In this document: positions 1-8,552 of the stretch, piece after piece
How the letters are laid out: each line of letters opens with the position of its first letter
Position numbering within the stretch: the stretch's first letter is position 1
IMG/VR virus record: IMGVR_UViG_3300011268_001497
Span: 1-64,000 of that record
Length of the DNA stretch: 64,000 nucleotides
Source: a virus
Strand: one strand, 5' to 3'
Position numbers and translations under genes: made by a program
The notes under the pieces: generated by a model
Database searches by the model: none
What the model saw: only the letters and a program-made list of their open reading frames with translations
What the model was told of the DNA's origin: nothing

Positions 1-84
1 CACCGTGAAATTGCTCTTGAGATCAAGGACATACTGAAGAAGGAAGTTCCAATTATCTACGAAGCCTTTTTCGAGGAAGACTGA
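1..84 (+). CDS. 3' end of an ORF starting upstream of the window (hypothetical protein)
   Basis: Frame 1 open from base 1 to TGA at 82-84 (...HREIALEIKDILKKEVPIIYEAFFEED*); stop overlaps next ATG (ATGA). Confidence 0.35.
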   Translation, partial: HREIALEIKDILKKEVPIIYEAFFEED

Positions 85-275
85 TGCTTAAACCAAAAAC
101 CTATCCCGTGCTCCTGCAAGCCGTAGAGGAGGGCGTCCTCTATGGCTACAACAGGGCTCATAAGCATGTCGAAAAACCAGATGAAATACTACTGGTCGAC
201 AGCATCGTAAAACATACGATGGAATCAATCCTTGAGTGGTTTGAGATTGAGTCTGAATCCAAATTAGACTCCTGA
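84..275 (+). CDS. hypothetical protein (63 aa)
   Basis: ORF track; ATG overlaps preceding stop; same strand as the downstream terminase operon. Confidence 0.45.
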   Translation: MLKPKTYPVLLQAVEEGVLYGYNRAHKHVEKPDEILLVDSIVKHTMESILEWFEIESESKLDS

Positions 276-369
276 ATCCCAGATAGGCATCCTAGCGAGA
301 TTCAGTGATTGGATCTTGGCGGGTCATTGCTACGATTTCAGAAGAGGCTACACTCTGAAGCCTCGTTAC

Positions 370-906
370 ATGAAGCACGAAAGTGCTGATCAATACAAGG
401 CATTGCAAGAGTATATGCATATGGGCGCAGGAAAGCGCTCGTATGAAGCTATTGCAAAGATGTATGGAGTCATCACTGAAACCGTCAAAGAATGGGCCAA
501 GAAGTATTGCTGGGAGAAAAGAACAGCTCAGTGGGACAAAGAGCGAGTTGCAATTGCCTGGCAAAGCGCTGACAAGATAAGAGAGAAGAAACACAAGCAG
601 TCGATCATGGAATTCCGGGATGCCTCTGAGAGGCAGGCTCGGATGATGATGGAGATTTCCGAAGATCTTCTGTGTGTTTTGACCAAGAGAGTTAAAGATG
701 CCCAGGATCGAGGGGAAGATGTTCCATTACCATTGGTCTCTGGTCTTTTGAGGGCTACTGCGAATATTACAGAGCAATCTCGTCAGGCCTGGGCTTCTGC
801 TCTTGGCGTGGAAGACATGTTACAGCTTGTTGAACAAGAGCTTGAAAGAGTACATGTCGAGGAGATTGACGACGATGATGATGACATCATCGAGCTTGAC
901 GAGTAA
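370..906 (+). CDS. putative terminase small subunit / HTH DNA-binding protein
   Basis: ORF 316..906 (TTG), ATG at 370 preferred; HTH-like SYEAIAKMYGVITETVKEWAKKY; acidic tail DDDDDDIIELDE; stop overlaps TerL start (TAATG 904-908); function is from position only. Confidence 0.45.
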   Translation: MKHESADQYKALQEYMHMGAGKRSYEAIAKMYGVITETVKEWAKKYCWEKRTAQWDKERVAIAWQSADKIREKKHKQSIMEFRDASERQARMMMEISEDLLCVLTKRVKDAQDRGEDVPLPLVSGLLRATANITEQSRQAWASALGVEDMLQLVEQELERVHVEEIDDDDDDIIELDE

Positions 907-2429
907 TGGCACAAAAACTAGGTAAAGACTATTTAAGGAGATCGGCTCAAAATCAAGCAATGTTAAAAGCATTGCGAGAGAAAAAGCTGAATACTCGTAA
1001 AAAAGGCGAGAGAGTGCTGTTGCATAAGTTTATCAAGCAGGTATATCCAAACTATAAGTTTTACAAGTTTCACGCAACACTGATAGAACAACTGCAGAAA
1101 ATCATTGATGGAGAGTCGAACCGGTTAATCCTGCAGGTTCCGCCCAGAACCGGTAAGTCATTACTTAGCTCTACCTTGCTGCCGGCGGCGTATCTAAAAG
1201 CGCATCCAGATAGATTTGTTGGCATCTCTTCTTACTCCGCTGAATTAAGCCAAGGATTCTCCAGAAAGGCCAGGGAATTCTTCAGAGAGAGTGGTGGGCA
1301 ACTTGATCCTGCCCAGCAAGCAGTTAATGCTTGGGGAACGCAGGGTGGTGGTGGCCTATGGGCTGCTGGTGTTGGTGGTGCAATTACTGGTCGTTCTGGT
1401 CATTTGTTGATCATCGATGACCCGGTAAAAAATAGAGAGGAAGCGGAAAGTGCCCGCTTAATGGAAAAGCTCTGGGACTGGTATGCATCTACCCTCTATA
1501 CTCGTCTCGAGCCTGAAGTGGGAGCAATTGTGGTTATTCAGACTAGGTGGTCTGAAAACGACATGATTGGACAGCTCATCGAGAATGAGTTCAATGTATC
1601 CGAAAAAGGTAGAGAAAACTGGACGATAGTAGATCTTCCTGCTTTGTACGAAGACCCTGGCAGCCGTCCAAGCCTTCCTGAGCACTGCGAAATAATCGAG
1701 GACTGGAGAACTGAGGAGGGGCAAGCCCTCTGTCCCCAGCGTTACGATGAAGATGACTACGAAAGAATTAGAGAAGCAATCGGGACAAGAGAGTTTGCGG
1801 CTTTGTATCAACAGCGTCCAGCGCCAATTGGAGGCAATATGTTTGATCCAAGCTGGTGGCAATACTATTCACATGATACATTAATACCCGAATTTGATCG
1901 CGTCTTGCTGTCAGTTGACTGTACTTTTACAGATGCAAAGACAAGCGACTTTGTTGTCGGCTTAGTTGTTGGACAGGCTGGTCCGAATTTCTATGTTTTA
2001 GATTTGTACAGAGAAAAGACAGACGTGATTGGCACTATGGCCATGATAGCTAGAATGTACAAAAGACACCAGCTTGACGGTACTGTCATTGAGTTAGCGG
2101 CAAGTGGATATGCCGTTTATCAAATGGCGAAGAAAAAGGTCCCTGGCTTGATTGGTTTTAGACCAGAAAAGAGCAAAGAAGCGAGAGCTGCAGGTATTGT
2201 CCCTGTTGTTGAGGCAGGTAATGTCTATCTTCCCGTCAGCGCCCCGTGGCTTGATGCATTTATAAATGAATTTAGCCTGTTCCCTGCTTCGAAGAATGAC
2301 GACCAAGTTGACGCGCTGACAATGGCGATCAATTATTCCAGCCAGCGTACTGCGCCGCAATTGACTCAGGTTGTCTGGGGGCGTGGCGACAGAATATTAG
2401 ATGACGTAAACACTCTGAATATCTTTTAA
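906..2429 (+). CDS. terL: terminase large subunit
   Basis: 507 aa; Walker A-like VPPRTGKS, Walker B-like HLLIIDDP, IQTRWSENDM and C-terminal nuclease-region NDDQVDAL; typical TerL architecture. Confidence 0.9.
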   Translation: MAQKLGKDYLRRSAQNQAMLKALREKKLNTRKKGERVLLHKFIKQVYPNYKFYKFHATLIEQLQKIIDGESNRLILQVPPRTGKSLLSSTLLPAAYLKAHPDRFVGISSYSAELSQGFSRKAREFFRESGGQLDPAQQAVNAWGTQGGGGLWAAGVGGAITGRSGHLLIIDDPVKNREEAESARLMEKLWDWYASTLYTRLEPEVGAIVVIQTRWSENDMIGQLIENEFNVSEKGRENWTIVDLPALYEDPGSRPSLPEHCEIIEDWRTEEGQALCPQRYDEDDYERIREAIGTREFAALYQQRPAPIGGNMFDPSWWQYYSHDTLIPEFDRVLLSVDCTFTDAKTSDFVVGLVVGQAGPNFYVLDLYREKTDVIGTMAMIARMYKRHQLDGTVIELAASGYAVYQMAKKKVPGLIGFRPEKSKEARAAGIVPVVEAGNVYLPVSAPWLDAFINEFSLFPASKNDDQVDALTMAINYSSQRTAPQLTQVVWGRGDRILDDVNTLNIF

Positions 2430-2461
2430 CCAGTTAAAATGTAGCATAAGTAACTACAAGA

Positions 2462-3085
2462 ATGGCAAGAAAAAGTAGGGAGTTCAAGCTAAGTAAAGAG
2501 CAGCAACGCTTGGCGGCTGAGAATATTAATCTTGCCAGAAGAGAAGCTTGGAAGCTTCAAAGAACTACTGATATTGATTACGATACGCTTGAGGGTGCGG
2601 CACTAGAGGGACTTTGCAAGGCTGCCTACAGATATGATCCATCTTCTGGATACAAGTTCAGCAGTCTTGCCGTGCCAACCATCAGGGGCGAACTACTGCA
2701 TTGGATCAGGGATAGAACCTATGCCATGCGGTTGACTCATAAGATGCGCGAAACGTGGATCAAGGGCCGCAGGCTTGTTTACAGGGGTGTCTGCGACGAA
2801 GACATTGCCAAAGAGCTCAACATTGAAATCTCCGAATGGCAAGAGATCAAAAGCGTATGCTCTGGCCCGCCGCTTGAGTTAAATGATCAGGCCAAGCCTA
2901 CAGAATGCCTCGAACCGGATGAGATCGATTTCGCCGAGGACTTCATGGTAAGAGCTTGGCATGCCTACAGAGCCCTGGATGAACAGGACAAGAGTTCAAT
3001 CATGAATTACTTTTGTAATAGTTCTTCAAGAAACCCGGCCTCTGCTATGTCCAGCTTCTACTACCTCAGCCAAAATAGCCACTGA
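2462..3085 (+). CDS. sigma-70 family RNA polymerase sigma factor (apparently lacking region 4.2)
   Basis: 207 aa; region 2 signature DTLEGAALEGLCKAAYRYDPSSGYKFSSLAVPTIRGELLHWIRDR; region 3-like HTH DEDIAKELNIEISEWQEI; region 4.1-like LDEQDKSSIMNYF; the last 23 aa do not look like a region 4.2 HTH. Confidence 0.75.
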   Translation: MARKSREFKLSKEQQRLAAENINLARREAWKLQRTTDIDYDTLEGAALEGLCKAAYRYDPSSGYKFSSLAVPTIRGELLHWIRDRTYAMRLTHKMRETWIKGRRLVYRGVCDEDIAKELNIEISEWQEIKSVCSGPPLELNDQAKPTECLEPDEIDFAEDFMVRAWHAYRALDEQDKSSIMNYFCNSSSRNPASAMSSFYYLSQNSH

Positions 3086-3167
3086 ATCAGAAGTCTCGAC
3101 TGAGACCAGCAAAAAGGGTTGCGGGCTGCTGTAGTCCCGTTAAGCTGTCTGCAGAGAAAATTCTAAC

Positions 3168-4739
3168 TTGGCGGTATCACCCGATACTATAAATAGAATA
3201 AAGGCCGTTCCATTATCAGCGATACTGGAAAAAGAAGGTGCATATTTAAAGAAAGTAGGCAGAGAATTTGTTACTCATTGTTTATGGCACCAAGACAAGA
3301 ATCCTTCTTTAACAGTAAGTGACGATAAAGGCTTTGTCTTTTGTCATGTATGCCTTGAGCATAATGATGGAATTGGGTATGTAACAAAGAAGCATGGTCT
3401 CAACTTTAGAGAGGCATGTGAAAGAATCGCAAGCATGCAAGGTTTTGAATGCTTGTATGTAGATGAAGATTCTCATGCCAACCAAGAGTATAAGGCTAAA
3501 ATTGAGGCCGAACATGAGAAGGTAAACAATTCTCAGAAAACTTTTAGAGACAATCTTCTTAAATATCCAGAGGCTATTAAGTTTCTCCAAAAAAGAAACA
3601 TATTGCCAGAGACATCAAAAGAGTTCGGAATTGGCTACAATTCTATTCAAAAGAGAATTACGGTGCCTATTCATAACTACATGGGTAAGCATGTCGGTTT
3701 TACAGCTAGGACGATTCTGGAAGATGTAAAGCCAAAATATATTAACACTGAGAATAATGCAATCTTCAATAAGTCTGAAATTGTATTCAACGAGCACCGT
3801 GCTGCTCAGTTTATCAGAGAGGCTGACGAATGCTTGTTCGTCGAGGGCCATCTAGATGTTGTTGCACTCTGGCAGGCTGGTGTAAAGAATGCCGTCGCGC
3901 TGCAGGGAACAGCGTCACCATCTGATTCGATTGTCAGGAGGCTTATCAGGAAGACGCGGAGATTCGCATTATGCATGGATGCGGACGCTGGAGGCCGGAT
4001 CGCAGTCTCTAAATTCTTAGACTCTGTCAAGAGCTATGCGTTGTCAGGTGAGATTGACGTAAAAATAGTAACACTGCCCGACGGCTCTGATCCTGACGAA
4101 TTCATCAAAGAAGGTGGAGACATAAAAGATTTAATTTCAAATGCACCGTCATGGCTTGACTGGATACTTGATACATGGCTGGAAGAGTTGGATTTTAATG
4201 ATAAACTAAAGATCCAGCAAGTTGAGTCACAGCTCAAAGATTTGCTTTCTAAGATTGAAAGCCCTGCTTTGAAGTCTCATTATTTTGACAAAGCTTCTGT
4301 AAGGTTAGCGCAGAACAGACAGTCCGTAGCTGCTGAGATCGCCAAGTCATTCAGGGAGAATCAACCCAAGCAGTCAAGCAGAAAGACTTGGCATAGACCA
4401 GATTCTAGCCATACCCGTAAGGTGGTTGAGAGGAGGATGATGAGACTCTATTTGCATAGGCCAGATTTTAGGTTTGCCTTAGAGCCATTGATGCCCAAGC
4501 TTTCAACGCCTAGTTACTCCTGGCTTTGGGAACGGATTAGTGAGTTAATTCCTCTTTGCTCTGAGGAAGTGTTAGTTGATTGTCTGAAGGGAGTCCTGGC
4601 TGTCGCTGAGCCTTATTATATGCAGCAATTAAGACCATTGCTTTTGCCTAGATTCGCTTTTGAAGATAATGAACTTTCTATAGTTCATATTGAAGACACA
4701 TTATGCAACGATGAGCAAATTGAAGGCATTATAGACTAA
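3168..4739 (+). CDS. dnaG: DNA primase, DnaG-type (zinc finger + TOPRIM)
   Basis: 523 aa; CHC2 zinc finger HCLWHQDKNPSLTVSDDKGFVFCHVC; TOPRIM motifs LFVEGHLDVVAL and CMDADAGGR...LPDGSDPDE; TTG start per ORF track. Confidence 0.85.
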   Translation: MAVSPDTINRIKAVPLSAILEKEGAYLKKVGREFVTHCLWHQDKNPSLTVSDDKGFVFCHVCLEHNDGIGYVTKKHGLNFREACERIASMQGFECLYVDEDSHANQEYKAKIEAEHEKVNNSQKTFRDNLLKYPEAIKFLQKRNILPETSKEFGIGYNSIQKRITVPIHNYMGKHVGFTARTILEDVKPKYINTENNAIFNKSEIVFNEHRAAQFIREADECLFVEGHLDVVALWQAGVKNAVALQGTASPSDSIVRRLIRKTRRFALCMDADAGGRIAVSKFLDSVKSYALSGEIDVKIVTLPDGSDPDEFIKEGGDIKDLISNAPSWLDWILDTWLEELDFNDKLKIQQVESQLKDLLSKIESPALKSHYFDKASVRLAQNRQSVAAEIAKSFRENQPKQSSRKTWHRPDSSHTRKVVERRMMRLYLHRPDFRFALEPLMPKLSTPSYSWLWERISELIPLCSEEVLVDCLKGVLAVAEPYYMQQLRPLLLPRFAFEDNELSIVHIEDTLCNDEQIEGIID

Positions 4740-4753
4740 GCGTAAAAGCTTCC

Positions 4754-4990
4754 TTGTCAAATTTTTACTGGCTAATTGCTTTCTCATTAGCAGTAGCCCT
4801 GATTGACTCATCAGACCTTTACTGTGCCATTGAGGCTGCTCTATTGCATGTGCGGACCTTAATGCTTGATGCCAGGCTTTTTGTAACGTCTTACATTTTG
4901 TACATTAGACTTCAGAGGGAAGCGAAGTCCTTAGGGATTGAGCTCCCAAAATTCAATTACGTTCCAATTCGGCAAAGGTCAGATGTCTAA
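4754..4990 (+). CDS. hypothetical small membrane protein
   Basis: 78-aa ORF with hydrophobic N-terminus (FYWLIAFSLAVALI); non-ATG start, weak support. Confidence 0.3.
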   Translation: MSNFYWLIAFSLAVALIDSSDLYCAIEAALLHVRTLMLDARLFVTSYILYIRLQREAKSLGIELPKFNYVPIRQRSDV

Positions 4991-5129
4991 GCGCACAACA
5001 ACCGTATTTGAATCGGCAGCTCCCAAGCGGACAAGAATCGGTGACGGTCGTCGAGTGCGGACCAACAGAAATCAAGGTCGCGTCAAGCGCAGTTCCCCTC
5101 AAAAGCGCTATCGAGGTCAAGGGCGGTAA
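4983..5129 (+). CDS. hypothetical highly basic small protein (48 aa)
   Basis: ORF 4938..5129, ATG at 4983 overlaps previous stop by 8 nt; Arg/Lys-rich (RTRIGDGRRVRTNRNQGRVKRSSPQKRYRGQGR). Confidence 0.4.
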   Translation: MSKRTTTVFESAAPKRTRIGDGRRVRTNRNQGRVKRSSPQKRYRGQGR

Positions 5130-5411
5130 ATGAACAGGGTGTCAGCTTGCCAGTATGAGACTTTCGAAGTCTACAGATCAGTCAAGAACTCAATCAATGA
5201 GCTTCGGTTGGCTGATGCCCTCTTCCTTTTATTTGATACTCACAAAAATGAACTCAACCGCTGGATTGAAGTAAAAGCGCTCTTACTGCGATCTTGTGCG
5301 ACACATCGAGATTTGAGTGTCGTGTCAGCCCTTCTGGAGTGTTCTCAAAAATCTGATGTCACCCAGTCGGCGGCTCTGATTCCAGGGCTGAAATCATCCA
5401 GGATCTTCTAA
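5130..5411 (+). CDS. hypothetical protein (93 aa)
   Basis: ORF track; ATG directly abuts previous stop (TAAATG). Confidence 0.5.
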   Translation: MNRVSACQYETFEVYRSVKNSINELRLADALFLLFDTHKNELNRWIEVKALLLRSCATHRDLSVVSALLECSQKSDVTQSAALIPGLKSSRIF

Positions 5412-5412
5412 A

Positions 5413-5568
5413 ATGATTACCAGAAACGCGGACAACAAAATCAAAAAGGTCGGCATCGATTCGCCGCCTGGCATTGAAACAAAGCTTGATCCAGCCCGTG
5501 AGACTCATTGGATTAAGTACTGTGAGGAATGCCCAGCAAGTTGTGCTTGCAAAGATTACGACGCCTAG
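5413..5568 (+). CDS. hypothetical small Cys-rich protein (51 aa), below ORF-track cutoff
   Basis: Hand translation: MITRNADNKIKKVGIDSPPGIETKLDPARETHWIKYCEECPASCACKDYDA*; fills the gap between 5411 and the RNR gene. Confidence 0.4.
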   Translation: MITRNADNKIKKVGIDSPPGIETKLDPARETHWIKYCEECPASCACKDYDA

Positions 5569-5616
5569 TTTTTGCGGGCAACCTGCGGTAAACTATTTTC
5601 ACCCCAAACAGGTGAA

Positions 5617-7956
5617 ATGCAAGAGTTTTTGCCAACAGCGCCGAGCGCCGCTGCGGTCTTTTATCGGACCTATTCTCGACGCAAGGCAGATGGAACCAGA
5701 GAGTCCTTCAAGGAGGCGATGAACCGTTGTGTGACGGCAATTGCTAGGACTGGAAAGTTTACTGATGACGAATTCTCTTTAGTCCAAGAACAAGCCTTAA
5801 AGCAGCATTGCTTCCCGTCCGGCCGTGCTTTCTGGGTCGCTGGAACGGAATGGGCTGAAAAGCAGGAGAATTTCAGTGGCTGGTATAACTGTACTAGCAC
5901 TTTGGTTCAGGACCTAGATGCGTTCAAGCTCATCATGGAGCTTGCCATGATGGGTTCGGGGACTGGTGCAATTCTTGAGACAGACGTAATCGAAGCACTG
6001 CCTCCTGTTGTAACCAAATTAAACATTGTCGAAATTATCCCAACTGGCATTAATCCTCCCGAAGCACGCTCTGCGAGCACTGTGATCGACAGGGACAATG
6101 CTGTCAATGCTACAAAAGTTACCGTAGGAGACAGCCGCCAGGGATGGGTTGATGCTTATAGCGCGATCATCCAACTTGCTACTGAATATTCCGATGGAGA
6201 CAATCTGAGTCTCATCGTTGACTTGAGTAACGTAAGGCCCGCTGGAGAGCGCCTGAAGGGCTTTGGAGGTACCGCTAATCCGGTGAAGCTTGAAGACATG
6301 TTTAGGCGTGTCGTGAGCCTGCTGAACGGGGCACAGGGGCGTCAGTTAACAGCGGTGGAGTGCTGCCTGCTGATCGACGAGGCGGCTGCTTGCGTTGTAG
6401 CTGGAAACATCAGAAGATCGGCTGGCATGCGTCAGTTCTCTCAGGATGACGATGAAGCCGCCAATTGCAAGCTGGGTCTTTACACCCAGGATGAAAATGG
6501 CAATTGGAGAGTTGATCCAAAGAAAGAAGCTCTTCGGATGGCGAATCACACACGTTGTTTTCATGACGTGCCTGATTACAAAACCGTAGAAGACTCAATC
6601 CGTCAGCAGTTCTATTCAGGCGAAGGGGCTATTCAGTATGTGCCGGAAGCCATCGCACGTTCTAATGCAGACCTCCTCAATACACAGGAGAAGAAGCTTG
6701 AATTTATTCGGCTTTACCAAAAGGATCGCACGCTGGCTACTGAGTATCTTGAAGCTTTGTGCGAAGAGAACCGGATTCCTGTTGACTTTGAGGAACTGGA
6801 ACATCGGCTGAGACGCTATGGCTTGAATCCTTGCGGCGAAATTACGGGCACTGACTTCCACTGCAACCTGGCAGAGATCCACCTAAATACAATTGATCCT
6901 CATGATACTGAGGCTCAGGACAAGGCATTTACGGCTGGAGCACTGCAGGTATCGGCGTTACTCCATCATGAGTTCTTCCATGAACGCTATCAATACAGCA
7001 GGGAGATCGACCCGATTGTCGGCGTGAGCTTCACTGGCCTGTTCGACTTCTTCGTCCATGCTTTCGGCGCAGAATGGCTTGACTGGATGATGAGAGGCAG
7101 ACCTAATACGGCTGCTGGTCGCAAATTCCTAAAGAAGGAGCAACAGTACCTAACCCGTTGGCGCGATATCGTCCGATTGGAGGTCACCAAGTACTGCAAA
7201 AAGCATGGACTGCGTGTGCCCAACCGCATGACAACAGTGCAGCCCGCTGGCACCAAGAGCCTCCTTACCGGGGCCTCCTCTGGTTGGCATCCCCCTAAAG
7301 CGCAGCGCTTTATTCGTCGCATCACGTTTGGCAAATCGGATCCGCTTGTGTCGGCTCTTCGCGACTGGGGGTACAACGTCATCCCAGCTCAATCTGCAAA
7401 GGATGAAAACGGCAACCTTCTCGATGACATTATGGATGAGCGCGTCCAGGAAGTTCTTGTCGAAATTCCGACTGAAGTCTCTTGGGCCAACAAGGAAGGT
7501 TGTGATCAGTTTGATCTGAGCCAGCTGTCAGCCGAGGCGCAATGGGGCCTGTATATGCAAGTACAGCAGTACTATACAGAGCATAACACCAGTGCCACCA
7601 TTGAGTACAGGGAAAACGAGATCGAAAAACTGTCTCAGTTGATCCATGAATCAATTTCTCATAACACGGGTTACATTTCTGCCGCACTTCTTGCTAGATT
7701 TGATGCGAACGAAACTTTCCCTCGCTTACCGTTTGAACCAATTGATAAGACTGTCTACGATCGTCTCAATGGCGTCGCCGAGTCTTATCGCTCAGCCCTC
7801 CCTCTGATTTTTCAGAAGGACGCAGTTGACTTCCTTGAAGTCTTGAATCAGTACGACACTCCTGACTATGAGCTCAAGGGTGCTGCTGGCTGTGACGGCG
7901 AGAAGTGTTTATCGGAAGCAGAGAAGGATTCTGACCAAGTCGGACAACAGATCTGA
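5617..7956 (+). CDS. nrdJ: ribonucleotide reductase, single large subunit (class II / NrdJ-like)
   Basis: ORF 5572..7956, ATG at 5617 preferred (MQEFLPTAPSAAAVFYRTYSRR); motifs FYRTYSRR, GFGGTANP, finger-loop NPCGEI, C-terminal Cys pair CDGEKC; no beta-subunit-sized gene nearby. Confidence 0.85.
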   Translation: MQEFLPTAPSAAAVFYRTYSRRKADGTRESFKEAMNRCVTAIARTGKFTDDEFSLVQEQALKQHCFPSGRAFWVAGTEWAEKQENFSGWYNCTSTLVQDLDAFKLIMELAMMGSGTGAILETDVIEALPPVVTKLNIVEIIPTGINPPEARSASTVIDRDNAVNATKVTVGDSRQGWVDAYSAIIQLATEYSDGDNLSLIVDLSNVRPAGERLKGFGGTANPVKLEDMFRRVVSLLNGAQGRQLTAVECCLLIDEAAACVVAGNIRRSAGMRQFSQDDDEAANCKLGLYTQDENGNWRVDPKKEALRMANHTRCFHDVPDYKTVEDSIRQQFYSGEGAIQYVPEAIARSNADLLNTQEKKLEFIRLYQKDRTLATEYLEALCEENRIPVDFEELEHRLRRYGLNPCGEITGTDFHCNLAEIHLNTIDPHDTEAQDKAFTAGALQVSALLHHEFFHERYQYSREIDPIVGVSFTGLFDFFVHAFGAEWLDWMMRGRPNTAAGRKFLKKEQQYLTRWRDIVRLEVTKYCKKHGLRVPNRMTTVQPAGTKSLLTGASSGWHPPKAQRFIRRITFGKSDPLVSALRDWGYNVIPAQSAKDENGNLLDDIMDERVQEVLVEIPTEVSWANKEGCDQFDLSQLSAEAQWGLYMQVQQYYTEHNTSATIEYRENEIEKLSQLIHESISHNTGYISAALLARFDANETFPRLPFEPIDKTVYDRLNGVAESYRSALPLIFQKDAVDFLEVLNQYDTPDYELKGAAGCDGEKCLSEAEKDSDQVGQQI

Positions 7957-7959
7957 TCC

Positions 7960-8478
7960 ATGAGCACACTGGTTGACCATCAAATACGGGAACTCTGCCG
8001 TAACTCGGGCCTTGTGGAGACATTTGACCCTGAGATGGTCAACCCAGCCAGTATCGATGTAACGCTTGGCGATACAGTCCTTGTCGAAGGCCGGATCTGC
8101 GGTCCGGAAAGCGAGAGGACTCGTTGGATTCCTGTTGACATAAGCCAGGGGTTCATGCTGACCCCTGGTCAATTTATCCTTGCCCATACGGCTGAGTTTG
8201 TCCGTGTGCCGAACTGGATTGAAGCAATTGTGCAACTAAAAAGTAGCAGAGCAAGAGAAGGTCTTGAACATCTGCTGGCTGGTTACATTGACCCCGGATT
8301 CAATGGGCAAGTGACCCTTGAATTGTTAAATGTCAACCAAAGGCATTCGATTGAACTGATGGCAGGCATGAGGGTCGCTCAGTTGCGATTTAATAGCCTC
8401 GATACGCCACCTCTTCGCTCTTATGCATCAACTGGGCGCTACATGAATGATGTTGGCGCTGTACCCAGCAAAGGCTGA
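7960..8478 (+). CDS. dcd: dCTP deaminase (dUTPase-fold)
   Basis: 172 aa; ASIDVTLGD, FILAHTAEFVRVP, GYIDPGFNGQVTLEL; starts 3 nt after the RNR stop. Confidence 0.85.
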   Translation: MSTLVDHQIRELCRNSGLVETFDPEMVNPASIDVTLGDTVLVEGRICGPESERTRWIPVDISQGFMLTPGQFILAHTAEFVRVPNWIEAIVQLKSSRAREGLEHLLAGYIDPGFNGQVTLELLNVNQRHSIELMAGMRVAQLRFNSLDTPPLRSYASTGRYMNDVGAVPSKG

Positions 8479-8552
8479 AGGTAGACTAATAGGAGTCGCG
8501 TGATGCGGCAAATATTATTCTGCCGAGAAGGCGCCTACCGCTGAGATAGCAA

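Noticed and set aside
1458-2360. Minus-strand ORFs 1458..1862 and 2094..2360 inside the large terminase gene
   Set aside because: They are embedded antisense in a gene with unmistakable terminase motifs.
5474-5722. 82-aa + strand ORF overlapping the RNR start
   Set aside because: It is out of frame with, and largely inside, the well-supported RNR gene and the small upstream ORF. The translation is not protein-like.
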